Source: Neolecta irregularis DAH-3 (Eukaryota). Taken from it: a stretch of 51,136 nt of DNA. Below, one piece after another: positions 37,341 to 50,491 of this stretch. Both the position numbers and the translations under genes were made by a program. The DNA is taken from the NCBI GenBank assembly GCA_001929475.1, contig LXFE01004208.1:1-51136 (forward strand), read 5' to 3'. Numbering within the stretch: position 1 is the first letter of the stretch; the number at the start of each line of letters is the position of its first letter. The notes under the pieces were generated by a model. It did not search any database. It was not told the DNA's origin and worked only from the letters and a program-made list of their open reading frames with translations.

Positions 37341-39237
37341 TCAGGATCGATCTAAATAGTCTACTTTTGCGCTTTTCACCCGTTTGCTCCTTCCCACACC
37401 TCCGGAACTCCGGTCCCGCTTCCCCATAGCACTCGGCTTGTCTCGCAGCCCAAAACTCTTTGCCAAATGTCCCAAATGCACTTTCTCCATTCCAAACCAC
37501 CGCCGCTCCTCTTTGACATGCGTCGCATAAGCCCGTACGTGGCTGCGATATGCTTCTGTAGCAACTAAAACATTTTGCAAGACATACCGCTCCATGCCAA
37601 GCTGCGATTCCGTTGCAGAATCCTGCCATTGCGCACCCAAAAGACGCTTAAACAGACCTTCGATGCTCTGCAAAGACACGCCATCAAGGCTTTCCGCATA
37701 ACCAGCCTCCACAGGCGAAAGAAAGAGATACGCAGTCCCGCGCTTGCCTGCCCGTGCCGTTCGTCCTATACGGTGCAGATAGTCGTCAGTAGAAAACGGC
37801 GCGTCGTACTGCACTACCGTTTGCACATCAGGCAGATCCAACCCCCGTGCAGCAACATCGGTGCAAAACAGTATAGCCCGCCCGTCATTCGAAAACACAG
37901 AGATCGTTTCAATCCGTGTCTGGTGCTCCAGGTTGCCATGCAGCTTGAGAATCTTGCGGCCATGAAGGACTGTGCTAAACAGCGTTGCGTAGAAATCTAC
38001 AGCTGCAGTACAACTCGCAAACACCAAAATCTGGCTTTGAGTTTTGGACAAGAGCGTGTGTAGCCCAACCAGTCTCAGTTTGAGAGGAGTGATCAGTGCA
38101 AACTGGTCCAGTTGACCAGGCGCGGATTCATTTCCTTGCAAAGAAAGCAAAACAGGGTCCTCAAGACGATTCGATAACGACTCGACGCTTCCCTGCATCG
38201 TCGCCGAACATAATATCGTCTTCCACCCATTCTTCTTCTCCCGCAATATTTTCAGAATCTTTTCAATCGTCTCCTCAAACCCGAGATCCATCAATCTATC
38301 CCCCTCGTCCATGATAATCCACTTTAGCGAGCGCAGATTCATGCATTCCGTATTCTCAAGATGATCAAGACATCGCCCCGGCGTAGAAACGATAATATTC
38401 CCGCCTTTCCTCAACCGAGATTTCTCAGACTTTTTCTTCTCACCTCCACTCAAGATAACAGATACGAGCCCTGTACCCGGAAGTAAAACGTCCAGCGTAC
38501 TTTGTATCTGCCGCGCCAATTCCCGCGTCGGAACAAGAATAAGCGTACTAGTCCCATCCGCCCTATTACTCTTTTCCTCCAACAAACAATGAATAATCGG
38601 AAGGAGATAAGCAAGCGTCTTCCCAGAACCCGTTTGACTCGATATAAATAAATCACAATGATTCCTCAACAAATAGGGTATACTCTCCTCTTGAATTCCC
38701 GTAGGATTCTCAATCCCCAATTTTTTCAACGATGATAAAATTCGTGGATTCAACATATTAAACGTCCCTTGCAAATTTGGTGCGTTGGTGATTATCCCGG
38801 GTGGTTTTTTATTTACATGTGATATGTCGATGTCAATTTCGGGATTGGATGTAAATAGAGAGGAAATAAATTGCGTTGGTTTTGTGTTGGTTCGTTTGGA
38901 AGAGCGTGTATTTGAAACAGTCGGGATATTTTCGGTTCCATTTGTCGTTGCATTGGCTACCTTTTTCGTCGTAACCTGAACTTTATCTTTGACAGGACCA
39001 TGTTTATGCTTGAAATGATCTTGTTTATCATTCAGCACATCTTCATTGGTTTCTAATATCAACAATTTCTTTCAGAAATTAAATACCCCGTAAGCAATAA
39101 ATTTTACTTTTTTTCTCCTCCCAATGTTTATGAGCCTTTTTAGATCTCACTCGATCCATCCATCTCCCCTTTTGCACCTTCTTGATTGGTTTCCACCGTC
39201 CATCGTCGACTGCAATGTTCACAAGAATGTCCTCCAT
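37341..39237 (-). CDS. dbp7: ATP-dependent DEAD-box RNA helicase Dbp7, 1 intron
   Basis: [77 protein letters not shown]. First exon MEDILVNI...KGRWMDR begins at 39237. Confidence 0.93.
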
Positions 39238-39374
39238 CGAATAAATGAGGTTTGTCGAAAAATATTTCGGTCATGTGAAGCGACCGGCGCTGAAACAATA
39301 CCAATATCACTACCAAAGACCAATACTTTCCGTTTTTTTTAAATCTATTATACACATGTAGGAAAAAAATCCCT

Positions 39375-39641
39375 TTAATTGCGTGAGGTTCTCTTGAACA
39401 GCTTTCGAACAAAACAGTGGATTCCATCAATACGAATAATCGCTTCATGGCAAACCTCTTCAACAGTATGCCCATGCAATCTACCCCTCTCTGCTCGGCG
39501 TGTCTTTACAGCAAGATATCGTCTCCTTTCAGCAGCCAAATCATCCAAATACAGAAATGCAGGTCGATCCGGATATATTTGTGATACAGCTTCGTCAGCG
39601 TCGTCATTGCGCAGGAAGTAGTTTGGCTGTTCATCAGCCAT
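39375..39641 (-). CDS. Hypothetical 88-aa protein
   Basis: MADEQPNYFLRND...KLFKRTSRN, with protein-like composition and a CT-rich leader; no recognised family. Confidence 0.45.
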   Translation of the reverse strand: MADEQPNYFLRNDDADEAVSQIYPDRPAFLYLDDLAAERRRYLAVKTRRAERGRLHGHTVEEVCHEAIIRIDGIHCFVRKLFKRTSRN

Positions 39642-40542
39642 ACTCGCAATTTCCAGAGCAGCGGTAGAAGAAGAAGTAATGGTACGAGTTGTGTTACTGT
39701 AGCTTTCCAAGGTGGCAGTGAGTGTATATCCTAACGAGGAAGACCAATGAATTGCAGACATTGATGAAGAGATAAAGAGCAACTTGGGTGGAATCGAGAA
39801 TTAAAAAGAGAGGAATTGCAGGCATCGCCTAGATGTCGTCATTTACATAGGTTCAAGCATTCCAGCTCGCAACTTCTAAATATTACGACAGAGCCATGTG
39901 CTATACACTTTCCAAACCGGGTGATGACCACCATATCGCTGATTTAGGGTGCGTTCGTCAGCCGTCATTTTGACCCAAAAATCATGATATTAGGCCATTT
40001 TGACGTATTTCAATGAAAACAACTGTGGCGTTCGGCGCCACATCAAATTCCAACGTTTTCTTGAGATATTTGTCAGCATATCTCAAGAAAAGAATACTGA
40101 TCCAGTCAGTGTGAGTAAAATCAAAGGATACGGTCTCAGGTGAGTATCACAGTTCATCCAGTGGGGTTCTTTCAATTGAACGTAAAATTGATTCTCTGAT
40201 ATACACTTACATTGAACTTGAGACCAAGGAATAAAGCCAGGATATTTATCTGAACGCATCATGTAACAAAATTAACCCTATATATAACGACGCCTCAAGG
40301 AAGAAAAGTTGGTACAGTCTGTTGCGGAGCCAGTGAAATTTAAACTTATTCTGAACACTTTCCTATCCCGTGTCTTACTTTCTACAATATGTATTACATG
40401 AGGGTGGTAGTACTGATATTATGAATTCCGAAATGAACATTAATTCTTGAACAAATTGGAATCTCGGGACCACTGGACTAAACAAGTAATTATTACTTTT
40501 GTGTGAAATCATCAGCAAATACAGAGGCGATTTTCAAATCGA

Positions 40543-42528
40543 TTACACAAGCCAATCCCATGCTTTGGCATACCAAGTCCCAGGTAATTGTTCCCGCCAC
40601 TCAGCAGCTTCACGATCAATTCTTTCTTTTCCAGTGAAAAAATCCATCTCCTCTGGCTTGACGAATCGTGTTCGTTTGATGGCCTTGTAACCGAAGAATA
40701 GGACAGCGAAAAGAATGATGCTTATATACGAAGCAAAAAAACCAGAGGTGTCAAACCCATCTTGAAAGGTGTCGAAACCATTAAAAATGATAATTAAAAC
40801 GAGCCAAAAGAGCGCAAAACTAGACAAATTTAGTTTGACAGGAAAATAAATACTTACTAAGAACCGTATGGTTGCCACCGGGATTTGAATGGAAGGTCAT
40901 CCCGCGACAGTTCCTGAACTTCCATCCCTTTCTTGAATCTTAGAAAAGCGACGAGAATTGTACACCACTTGATATAAGTACTCGCTGGAGACCAGGATAC
41001 ATACTGTGACAATGTTTCCAATCGCAATCAAATTGGAAAACCAGTCAAAAACTTGAGACGATGAGCTTCCAAGATTCAAATAAGCCATTAAAGTCAGTAT
41101 GGCGATACTGACGACACACCACAGCGGGACCCCTTGACGGGTACACTTTTTGAAAAATGAAGGTGCTTTCCCGTCGAGGGCTAGTGAGTATAATGTTCGT
41201 GAACCGGCGTAGACGAACGAGTTTCCCGCTGACCAAGCCGATGAGAGGATCACACCATTAATGATGTGTGGGACAACATCTATTCCAACCCTTTTGATCC
41301 CAATAACAAAGGGCGAGGCAGATGCGCCACGTCCTATTCCATGTCAGCTGTTATGCTAAAAGGTTTCCAAGATACCTCCACTCTTGATTTGCTTAGACAT
41401 CTCAGGATCATTGTAGGGAACAAGGACACCTATAGCCAGAATCCCAAGAACGTAAAAAACAAGAATTCGCCAAAAGACTCGTCGAACAGCTTTTGGAACG
41501 TTGCGCCGAGGATTACGGGTTTCTCCAGCAGTAATCGCAATTAGCTCCGTTCCTCCAAATGAAAAAGCAGCTTGAGTCAACACCTTCCAGAGTCTATAAC
41601 CTTAATATATGTCCAAAGAATTTCGAAATACCCCAAAAACAACCCTGCTCCCCCCATAGAAAGATATTCATGCATAGCTCCTGGACTCCTCCAGTATCTT
41701 GATTTTATAAGCAGAAGTGCTGGGCAGTGATATACCTAAATCCAATGCGATCATGTTTGGGGTTTCCTCCCAGACATACGATGAATGATAGTAAAAGTAG
41801 CCCCACTATTGTTACAATCTTAATACTCGCGAACCAAAATTCTGTCTCTCCGTACATTTCAACCCCTACAGTGTCAGTTCCCAAAAATACAAAATTATCC
41901 GAGAACGTAGATACCCAGGAGATTTAGTCCAATAATAACGATATATAAAATGGTAATATAAACTGCGACATTGACTTTATGTTCAGTATCCCAGAAATCA
42001 ATGACGAGCGCGGCAGCGGTGATTTCCGCTGCTGCCGTAACTCCGAATGAAAACCAGTAAAGCCACCCTTGAGCAAATCCCCTTACGATCAGTAAAATCA
42101 TTCTAAAAAATAGCATACCATGCTTCATCTATATACCTTACCGCCAAGCTAGGAACCGCACCAGGTAGCGGAAGATAGGTTACGATCTCACCCAGACTTT
42201 GCATGATGAAATATATCAGAACACCCATGAACGTATACGCCAGGAGAGCAGATAAAGGACCTGCGTTAGCGAGCGATTTTGCTGATCCAACAAAAAGTCC
42301 CTACAAGGATTAGAGCCACTCTTTCGGATGAAGATCAACGGTGCCAATAGTCCCTCCCAATGCAATAAACTGAACATGACGAGCCTTCAACTCTCTCTGA
42401 ACTTCCCCGTATACCTCAACCTCCGCCTTATCTATAACATCACGGGCATATTGTTTCTTGTTTTTCTCATCGATGGGAAGCGATGAAGAATTTCGATCAT
42501 AATGAGGCGGATTGAGTTCTTGGGTCAT
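40543..42528 (-). CDS. Amino-acid permease (APC/YAT family, Put4/Dip5-like), paralog A
   Basis: RELKARHVQFIALGGTIGTGLF, GFAQGWLYW, YGETEFWFASIKI, AAFSFGGTELIAITAGE..NPRRNVPKA, SAWSAGNSFVYAGSRTLYSLA; 8 introns. Confidence 0.93.
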
Positions 42529-43576
42529 CAGGAAAAGCAAGATTCGGAGGGGCAACTCCTTGGCTAGAATTTATATTTGTGATTCCTTTGAAGAAAGATA
42601 AGAGAGAATCGCTTATCAAGAGCTGGCGGGAATTTATCCGGAGCTAGGGAACTCTTATGTTTCGGAAATGCTATAGCCCTTGCAACGAATGTCGAATAAA
42701 GCATTTCCCTTCCTTCATCCAGGAATCCCCACAATGGATAAATCTCTGAATCGAAGTAGACACAATAACCAGCGTCTCTAAGTGATCCTGAAAGTTGTGC
42801 AACCATGTCAAGACACAATTAAGCTGCTTCTTCGCCAATGTCTTTGATTGGACCCTCTTGCCTTCCGTAATCGGCCGAAAGGTTTCATGATAAGGAAACG
42901 AATGATTTGACAGGCAGCCATTGGTTACAAAAAGGCATGGGCCTTACCACTTTTGGGCTTCCTCTATACAGGGTGTTCAGATTAGCGCTATTTTTGAGAG
43001 ATGTAGTCTTCCCGAATAGTACGTACGTAGGTGTCTTAGCGTAGAAGAGATATCCATACGTTTCAAGAATAAACTGATCCCTTTGGTCTGTTACATTGGC
43101 CAAAGCTTTCGGGAGAGATCCTGACTGAACCTATTGCGATAGTCTTCGCTTGGATCTTTCAAGATGGGCTTGCGGGCATACAGAGACCACGAATTTCTTT
43201 TGTTTACATTTCCGCTATTGAGTTGAATTTTAAATGTTGTCAGTGGATTCTCTTACATATCAAGTGTTGTCATCAGAAGTATAAAGAGACCAAGACCATC
43301 AAATGGTGGTGAAATCGTGTTTAGCCTTCAAGGATCACTATTCTATTAAGAACAGGATGCTTAGATTTTAATGATTTGCCCTTTGTCATCTAGAGAATCT
43401 ACAAAACCAAGACCTAGCCAGCCCCGCATCGAATGATTCAACAGTGCGATAGGTAAATTTGGTATGTGGAATTGGCCGAAGCTAATCTATATAATATTGT
43501 GTATATGCATTATTAAGCACTATCTTCTCCCCGAGCACTTTAACATGTTCATTTTACAATTTTCTTTTGATGACTC

Positions 43577-45555
43577 TTATACCAACCAATCCCAGAATCT
43601 TTCATACCAAGTTGTTGGGATGTTTTCCACATGCATGGCTTCTTCCCTATCTATCTTTTCCTGCCCAGTAATAAAATCCATATCTTCATCCCGAACAAAC
43701 TTTGAACGAGACGTAATTTTGTGACCAACATAGAAAACAGCGAAGAAAATCAAACTCAAATATGCGGGAAGAAACTGAGAGAGTGAGAAGCCAGACTGAA
43801 ACGTATCGAAGCCATTGAAGATAATAATCATAGAAATCCAGAAGAGCCCGAAACTTGGAGTTAGAAGTAAGAACCAACGGTATACATTTACTAAGCAATA
43901 TACGGCTGGAAAATCGACTTGAATGGCAAGGAATTTCGAGAAATACCCTGTGTAGAAAGACCTTTCTTGAACCTAATAAAGGCAAGAAGAATAGTATTCC
44001 ACTAGACATCAGTTTTCGACTTGACAAAGGCGTACGGTTATGATATTTGCGATTGTACACAGATTGGCTAGCCAATCAAAAACCTGACTGGATGAATTTC
44101 CAATGTTAAGAAAAGCACTTAGTCCCACTATCGCAATACTTCCCACGCCGAAAATCGGTATTCCATTTTTTGTACATGTTTTGAAAATTGAGGGTGCCTT
44201 CCCATCTAAAGCCAGGGAGTAGATTGTTCGAGAGCCGGCATAGGCGAACGAGTTTCCTGACGACCAGGCCGAGGAGAGAATTACGGCATTTATTATATGC
44301 GGGAGAACATCAATTCCAACCCGGCTGATGCCAATGACAAAGGGCGAGGCCGATGCTCCAGGAACTCAGTGATCAGCAGACAACCGACGATCAGAAATCT
44401 GTACCTCCATTGGCAATTTGCTTCGACATATAGGGATCATTATAGGGGACCAACACACCGATTGCAAGAACACCAAAGACATAGAAGATTATAATTCGCC
44501 AGAATACCCGTCGAACCGCCTTTGGAACATTTCTTCTAGGGTTTCTGGCCTCACCAGCCGTGATTGCGATCAATTCGGTACCAGAGTAGGAAAATGCTGC
44601 TTGTAACATAACTTTCCACAAACTTCAAGATGAGTGTACTGTGAGTGAAGAGAAGATACCCACAAAGACGCCCAATGTCGCCGATGGTAAGATATTCTCT
44701 CATATATCCGGGATCTTTCCAGTATCTTATGCATGAAACTTAGCTTCTATTGGTAAAGAAATACCGAAATCCCAGCCTTTCGTGCTTTGGATTTCCGCCA
44801 AGAACAACGATAAATGACATAAGAAGCAATCCAACAATCGTAACTATTTTTAGACTGGCGAACCAGAACTCCATTTCCCCGTATACTTGGACACCTCTTG
44901 GTCAAAAAATGTGAACATTGAATTGCAAAACGAAAGCGTACTTAAACAATTCATACCTATAATCATGACATACAATACTGAGATGTATATCCCGACAGGT
45001 ATTTTTCGCTCGGCATCCCAATAGGTAATGATCAAAGCAGCAGCAGTAATCTCTACCGCAACGGAAACACCGAAATATAGCCAATAAAGCCAGCCTTGAG
45101 CAAAGCCCCTGGAAGAGTCAGTGCCGTGTTTCTGTTGAGGAGAAAATTGCCATGATTCATCAATGTATCGAGATGCTAAGCTCGGTACTGCACCGGGCAA
45201 AGGCAAATATGAGATCATTTCGCCTAAGCTTTGCATTACACAGAATACGCAAAGTGCGATAAAAGCATATGCCAATAGTGCAGAAAATGGGCCTGCAGTC
45301 GCGAGTGCCTTTGCCGAGCCGACAAATAATCCCTTTCGTGAGCCTTTTCAGAAACGGCAATACAGTTCCAATTGTTCCCCCCAGGGCAATGAGCTGGATA
45401 TGTCGAGATTTCAACCCTCGTTGGACTTCTCCAAACTCTTCTACAACTTCATCGGTAATAACCCCGCGGCAGGAAACATCATGAGATTTCTCCACAGAGA
45501 ACATTGGAAGAGATGAGTCTTTCGAGCTGGACGATGAGTTCATTCGAGCTGCCAT
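43577..45555 (-). CDS. Amino-acid permease (APC/YAT family), paralog B
   Basis: Same motifs as paralog A (RGLKSRHIQLIALGGTIGT...SAWSSGNSFAYAGSRT...WDWLV) with shared intron positions. Confidence 0.93.
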
Positions 45556-46890
45556 TTTCGTTCAAGAAAAAGTGAGGCACAATACACAATATGTGTACGA
45601 ATGATATGAGGGTTTGGAGGAATCTATATAATGAAATAAATGTCAGGTGAAGAAGAACTAAAGAAGTGGATGGGTCGAACTCATCGATTGGAGTTCTGAG
45701 TAGTGCAAACCTACGAAACAGTAAGATACTGAATGTTCTTAGGAGACGGTTGCCTTTGCATGTCGTTTTAATTTATGGTCTACTTGTAAGATATGCCTTC
45801 GGCGGTTTTGCTTTTGTTCGCTCCGATTCGCCATTAAATTTGAACGACCCCCGTGTAGCCTGGTTGCCGGTTGATCGAGCAAACATGTGTCCAACAGCAC
45901 AATACTGGAAGTAAAAGTGTGTTGATTATCGTTATTTTCCCAGTGCTTATCTACTCGCGGCGCCCTAGTAAAAAGCATGTCAGCCAAGATTTGGCTCTAT
46001 CTCCTTGTAGTCTGCGATCGTATCAAAGATCAACAGAAGGCATGATTTGGGGATGACGTCGTTTATATTTCGCAGAAGACATGGCAAGGCATGGCGTACC
46101 GTAACGACTGGTTGAGGCGGTTGTTCAACCTAAAATACCCATGCTTCTTTTTGGAAACTGAAATCATGTTCTATGATTATCTTTAACCGCTCTGTCAATA
46201 CGATCTTGTTTTATATCCCCGTAAGCCATGTCTTGCTTAAGCCCTGGTTTCGCGCTGTCGAACAGTACTTAGAATTCTAAAAGAATTGGAAAACATCTTA
46301 TCAGCTCATCTGGATAAGCCAGGGAGACCAGCTGATCATTAACGGGTTGAACAGCAAAGTTTTCGAGCAAGTTTCACAGGAACGGCCCTCAACGTCGCCA
46401 TTTCTCGAGTAGGATGGGTGATAATAATGGGTTTCTTATCTCCCACCAATGGTTGGTAATCTTCAGCTGGCTTCGTCGATGATCAAGCAACCTGTATCAG
46501 GAAGAAATCCAAAAAAGTGTTACCACCATACTTCATGCCCTCCCTTGCAGTTACTTTGTCTAACACGATGAAAAGAAACCATCAAAGTGCTGATTGATTC
46601 GACCCCTGAGTTTCCGAGAATAGCAAAGATCCTGTGCTAATTCGAGCAATTTATCTCTTCAATGTTTTGAGCATGTATGTTGCATGTCGGACAAAGGAAA
46701 ATCGGGGTTGGGCCAAGAAGCTTGTCTTATGAGACAAGAAACTCTATGCTCCGGAAGATACATCGATAACTAGCTAGGAAAACACTAGGAACTTTATGAA
46801 AGTACTCTCAGACATAGTGCAATTTGCAAAAGTAAGCGCATTCACAGATGTACGTTGTACTGATCGCCAAGAATCGACTGACTCGAAGAA

Positions 46891-48852
46891 CTATGCAATC
46901 CAATCCCAGAGCCTTCCATACCAAGTCGTTGGACCAAGCGAGTCTCTGTGTATTGTCTCTACGAATCTTCAGCACATCCCCGTTGAAAAGGGGTAATGAA
47001 CCTTCAACATCAATACGTTCTTTTCCAGTAAAAAAGTCCACATCCTCCAGCTTAACAAATCTGGGTCTCTTGGTAATCTGATAGCCAAAATACATGACGA
47101 AAAAGAACATTATGCTGATATACGACGCGAAGAATCCCCTGACATCGAATCCATGTTGAAATTTGTCCGCTCCGCTGAAAATGGCCAAAGTAATAGTCCA
47201 GAATAAAGCAAAGCTAAAGTTCAGGAATGGCTTGACAAGCGTAAAGACTATGCCAGGTACGGTTGAAGTGGTCCATGAAATGGTAAAGAAGATCTTGAGA
47301 TACCTTGAACTTGGAGTCCATAGTAGAAACGGATGTAAGAAATGAGAATGACACTCCACTAGTAGGATCAGTATTGTATTGGCAAAATATACTCACTGTG
47401 ATAAAGCCCGAAATTGTAGTTAGATTAGAAAACCAATCGAATACTTGGTTTGAATCTGTGGCAACATTGAGGTACATTACTAAACTCAACAATGCAATAC
47501 TTCCAACGCAGAATATTGGGACTCCAGACTTTGTACATTTCTTAAAGATGGAAGGTGCCTTTCCGTCCAACGCGAGGGAATACAATGTTCTTGACCCGGC
47601 ATAAACGAACGAGTTTCCAGAAGACCAAGCTGACGATAGAATGACTGCATTTATTATATCCGGGAGTGTCGAAATTCCCAGTCTTTTGATACCGATGACA
47701 AAAGGTGAGGCATTTGCTCCATGGCCTCCATTTCTGATTTCTCGAGACATATCAGGATCATTATATGGGACAAGTACTCCGATTGCCAGAATACCGAGAA
47801 CATAAAAGATCAGAATTCTCCAGAAAACACGCCGGATCGCTTTTGGAACATTACGACGTGGGTTCATTGTTTCACCAGCTGTTATTGCGATTAGTTCAGT
47901 CCCACCATAAGAGAATGCTGCTTGTGTAACAACTTTCCATAGCCTATGCAAATAAAAACGCTTGATACGGAATGGAGCAAACCCTAGGAAGCGACCTGTC
48001 GATCCACTGTCAATGTATGTCCTCATTGGTCCGGGATCCTTCCAATAGCTAAAATTCAGATCAGTTATTCCTCGATATCATACCGAAATCCAATACGATC
48101 GTGTTGCGGGTTCCCACCAAGATCCACAATCAATGACATGAGTAGCAATCCGACAACTGTAACGATTTTTAAACTCGCAAACCAAAATTCGCTTTCGCCA
48201 TATAGATTAACGCCTAGAAAATTACCGTTTTACTCAAGGAAAGAACCTACCAAAGCAGTTTAAACCGATAATCACGACATAGAGAACTGTAAGCCATACC
48301 CCGACGGGAACGATCTCTTTCGGATCCCAATAGTGAATGACTAAAGCTGCTGCAGTGATTTCCACGGCAACGGTAATCCCGAATGAGAACCAGTAAAGCC
48401 ATCCCTGGGCGAATCCTCTATAGAATGAACAAAAACGCAATTAAAAACTGATTTACAAAGCCTCGCTGACATATCTTGAAGCCAAACTCGGTACCGCTCC
48501 AGGCAAAGGTAAATAGGTGATCATCTCACCCAAGCTCTGCATGATACAAAAGATCAATATTCCGACGAAAGAATAGGCCATCAATGCCGAGAGTGGCCCC
48601 CCATCGGCAAGAGCATTTGCTGATCCAACAAAAAGACCCTGCGGTCAAGATCAAAATCGATTGTACAAGTACCGTTCCAATGGTTCCTCCTAAAGCAATG
48701 AACTGAACATGACGAGCTTTTAATCCTCTTTGAACTTGCCCATAAAACTGAGCTTCTGAAAGATCGATAATTCCGGCTGTATGTATGGGTTTTGCAATGC
48801 TTGGAGACGGAAGTGCCCCAAATTCATACTTTTCCTTTTGCTTATGGGACAT
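46891..48852 (-). CDS. Amino-acid permease (APC/YAT family), paralog C
   Basis: Same motifs. A terminal intron at 46959-47001 is needed to reach TTWYGRLWDWIA*, homologous to the ends of A and B. Confidence 0.92.
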
Positions 48853-49092
48853 GGCAGGACGGAAAGTGCATTTACGAAAAGCAGCAAGCGGTATTATTGT
48901 TGGAATCTGGTTTAAGATGTCCAGAGCGCGACGATCATATTTGTTTCAAGGGATCCAAGGCAACCGAGCTCGGTAGAAGGTCGTAAGAAAGTTTGCTACA
49001 AGTGACACAAGACAAAAAAGGCGAAGATTGTCAAGGGAGACCGCCGCGTGTTGTAGCATCTTTTTACACAAAACTGGAGATTTTACATGTTA

Positions 49093-50491
49093 TCACTGAG
49101 CCCATGGGTAGCCTGGGGTTTCGATTTGCTGTTCAGGCTGAGGTACGTACCAGTTTTGATGGGTTTGATCGACGACTCCGGCTGCAGTATGCGGATCCCA
49201 TCCTTCTAATCCATACCAATATGTCTGGTCTTCCAGATTCCATTCGCCATGCCGCGTTTCTCCCAGGGAAAGAATTTCTGCAGAGAGTATGTAACTCCGC
49301 GCGGCGGTGACCTTGCCGTAAAGTTTCCCCGTGATTCGTTGGTTAGGTAGAACCGATAATGGCGAATGGAAAAGGAATCGGGTTTGCTGCCAATGCGTTC
49401 TCTGGCACATTGGCGAAGTAGAAAGAACGTGGCTGGAGGGGAACGTCACATCAAACCATCCTATCCGTGTTATCTTAGCTCACAGACGGATCTATACCCA
49501 CAATGCCATGTAGTAGTCCAGGTCGATAGATCACCCAATCAATAGGCACCGTAAATGCGTACAACTCCTCCACGTTACATTTTTCAAAATCAAAAGTTAT
49601 GCTAGAACACCCCGAAATCAGACAGAAGGGATCGATAGGCCCCACAATAACGCTTTCAAATACTTCCCTTTTCGCTTGATCTTTCAGTATACTCAAGTCA
49701 ACTCCAAAAAAACTTGTTTGTTCCCAAAATGACGCTTTTCGTAGCGTCTCGCTGTGGAGATAGTGATCTGAGAAGGCAGAGATTTGGATTGTTCCAGTAT
49801 TTGGATACATCCTTCCATTCGGCTTTAAAAACTTTCTAGCGTAGAGAAAGGATTCAACCATTCGTTCGTGGAGAAGGAAGACCCCCAAAGGTTCCGAGAT
49901 AATTGTATCAATCAATCTGATGCCTTCTGCGTCTTCAATCTTCTCTAAACAAGTCAATTCTATTCCCACCTATACATACGATTGATAACTTCAATTTTCC
50001 CTCCTATCCAAGGATTCCCTTGAATCAATTTGCTTAACGATGAAGCCACGTTTGAAGCTTCCACTGCATAGACTTTCTTTGCTCCTGTTTGAAGAGCAAA
50101 GAATGATAGAATTCCGCTACCCGAGCCAACATCGAGTACTGTCTTGTCATGAAAATCAGGTGGGTAAGATATTGCTAGGCGATAGAGGGACGTTCGGGCT
50201 ATCTGATGATAAGCATAATATAAAAAGTCGACAGTGAGAGTGAAAGCTTCCGTTGGTCTTAGAAAACGAGACATGAAAGTGATTCTCTTTGTGATATATG
50301 GAACCATGAAGGAAATGACACCATGACATCCGATTGTGATATAGGAAATCTTACATCTTGTAACATGTTGGCTTGATGAATCAACCTATCTCGGTCATTT
50401 TCCACAAGCTTGAATCAATATACCTGCTGTAGTATTGTAGATAAATAGCATCTTTCTCTTTGACCGAGGGAGGTTCGTTTTGTGATCCCAT
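49093..50491 (-). CDS. CARM1: Protein arginine N-methyltransferase, CARM1/PRMT4-like, 4 introns
   Basis: YLQYY...HQANMLQD..RT..Y, VLDVGSGSGILSFFA.Q.GAKKVYAVEAS, IISEPLGVFLLHERMVESFLYARKFLKP, ASFWEQTSFFGVDLS, GWFDV.F, LSTSP....THWQQ.R. Confidence 0.85.

Noticed and set aside
39921-39942. GTGATGA...CTGA, possible C/D snoRNA
   Set aside because: No terminal stem, distal D box or identifiable rRNA complement.
46270-46660. Short coding-like pieces between permeases B and C
   Set aside because: Fragmented frames with no recognisable family.
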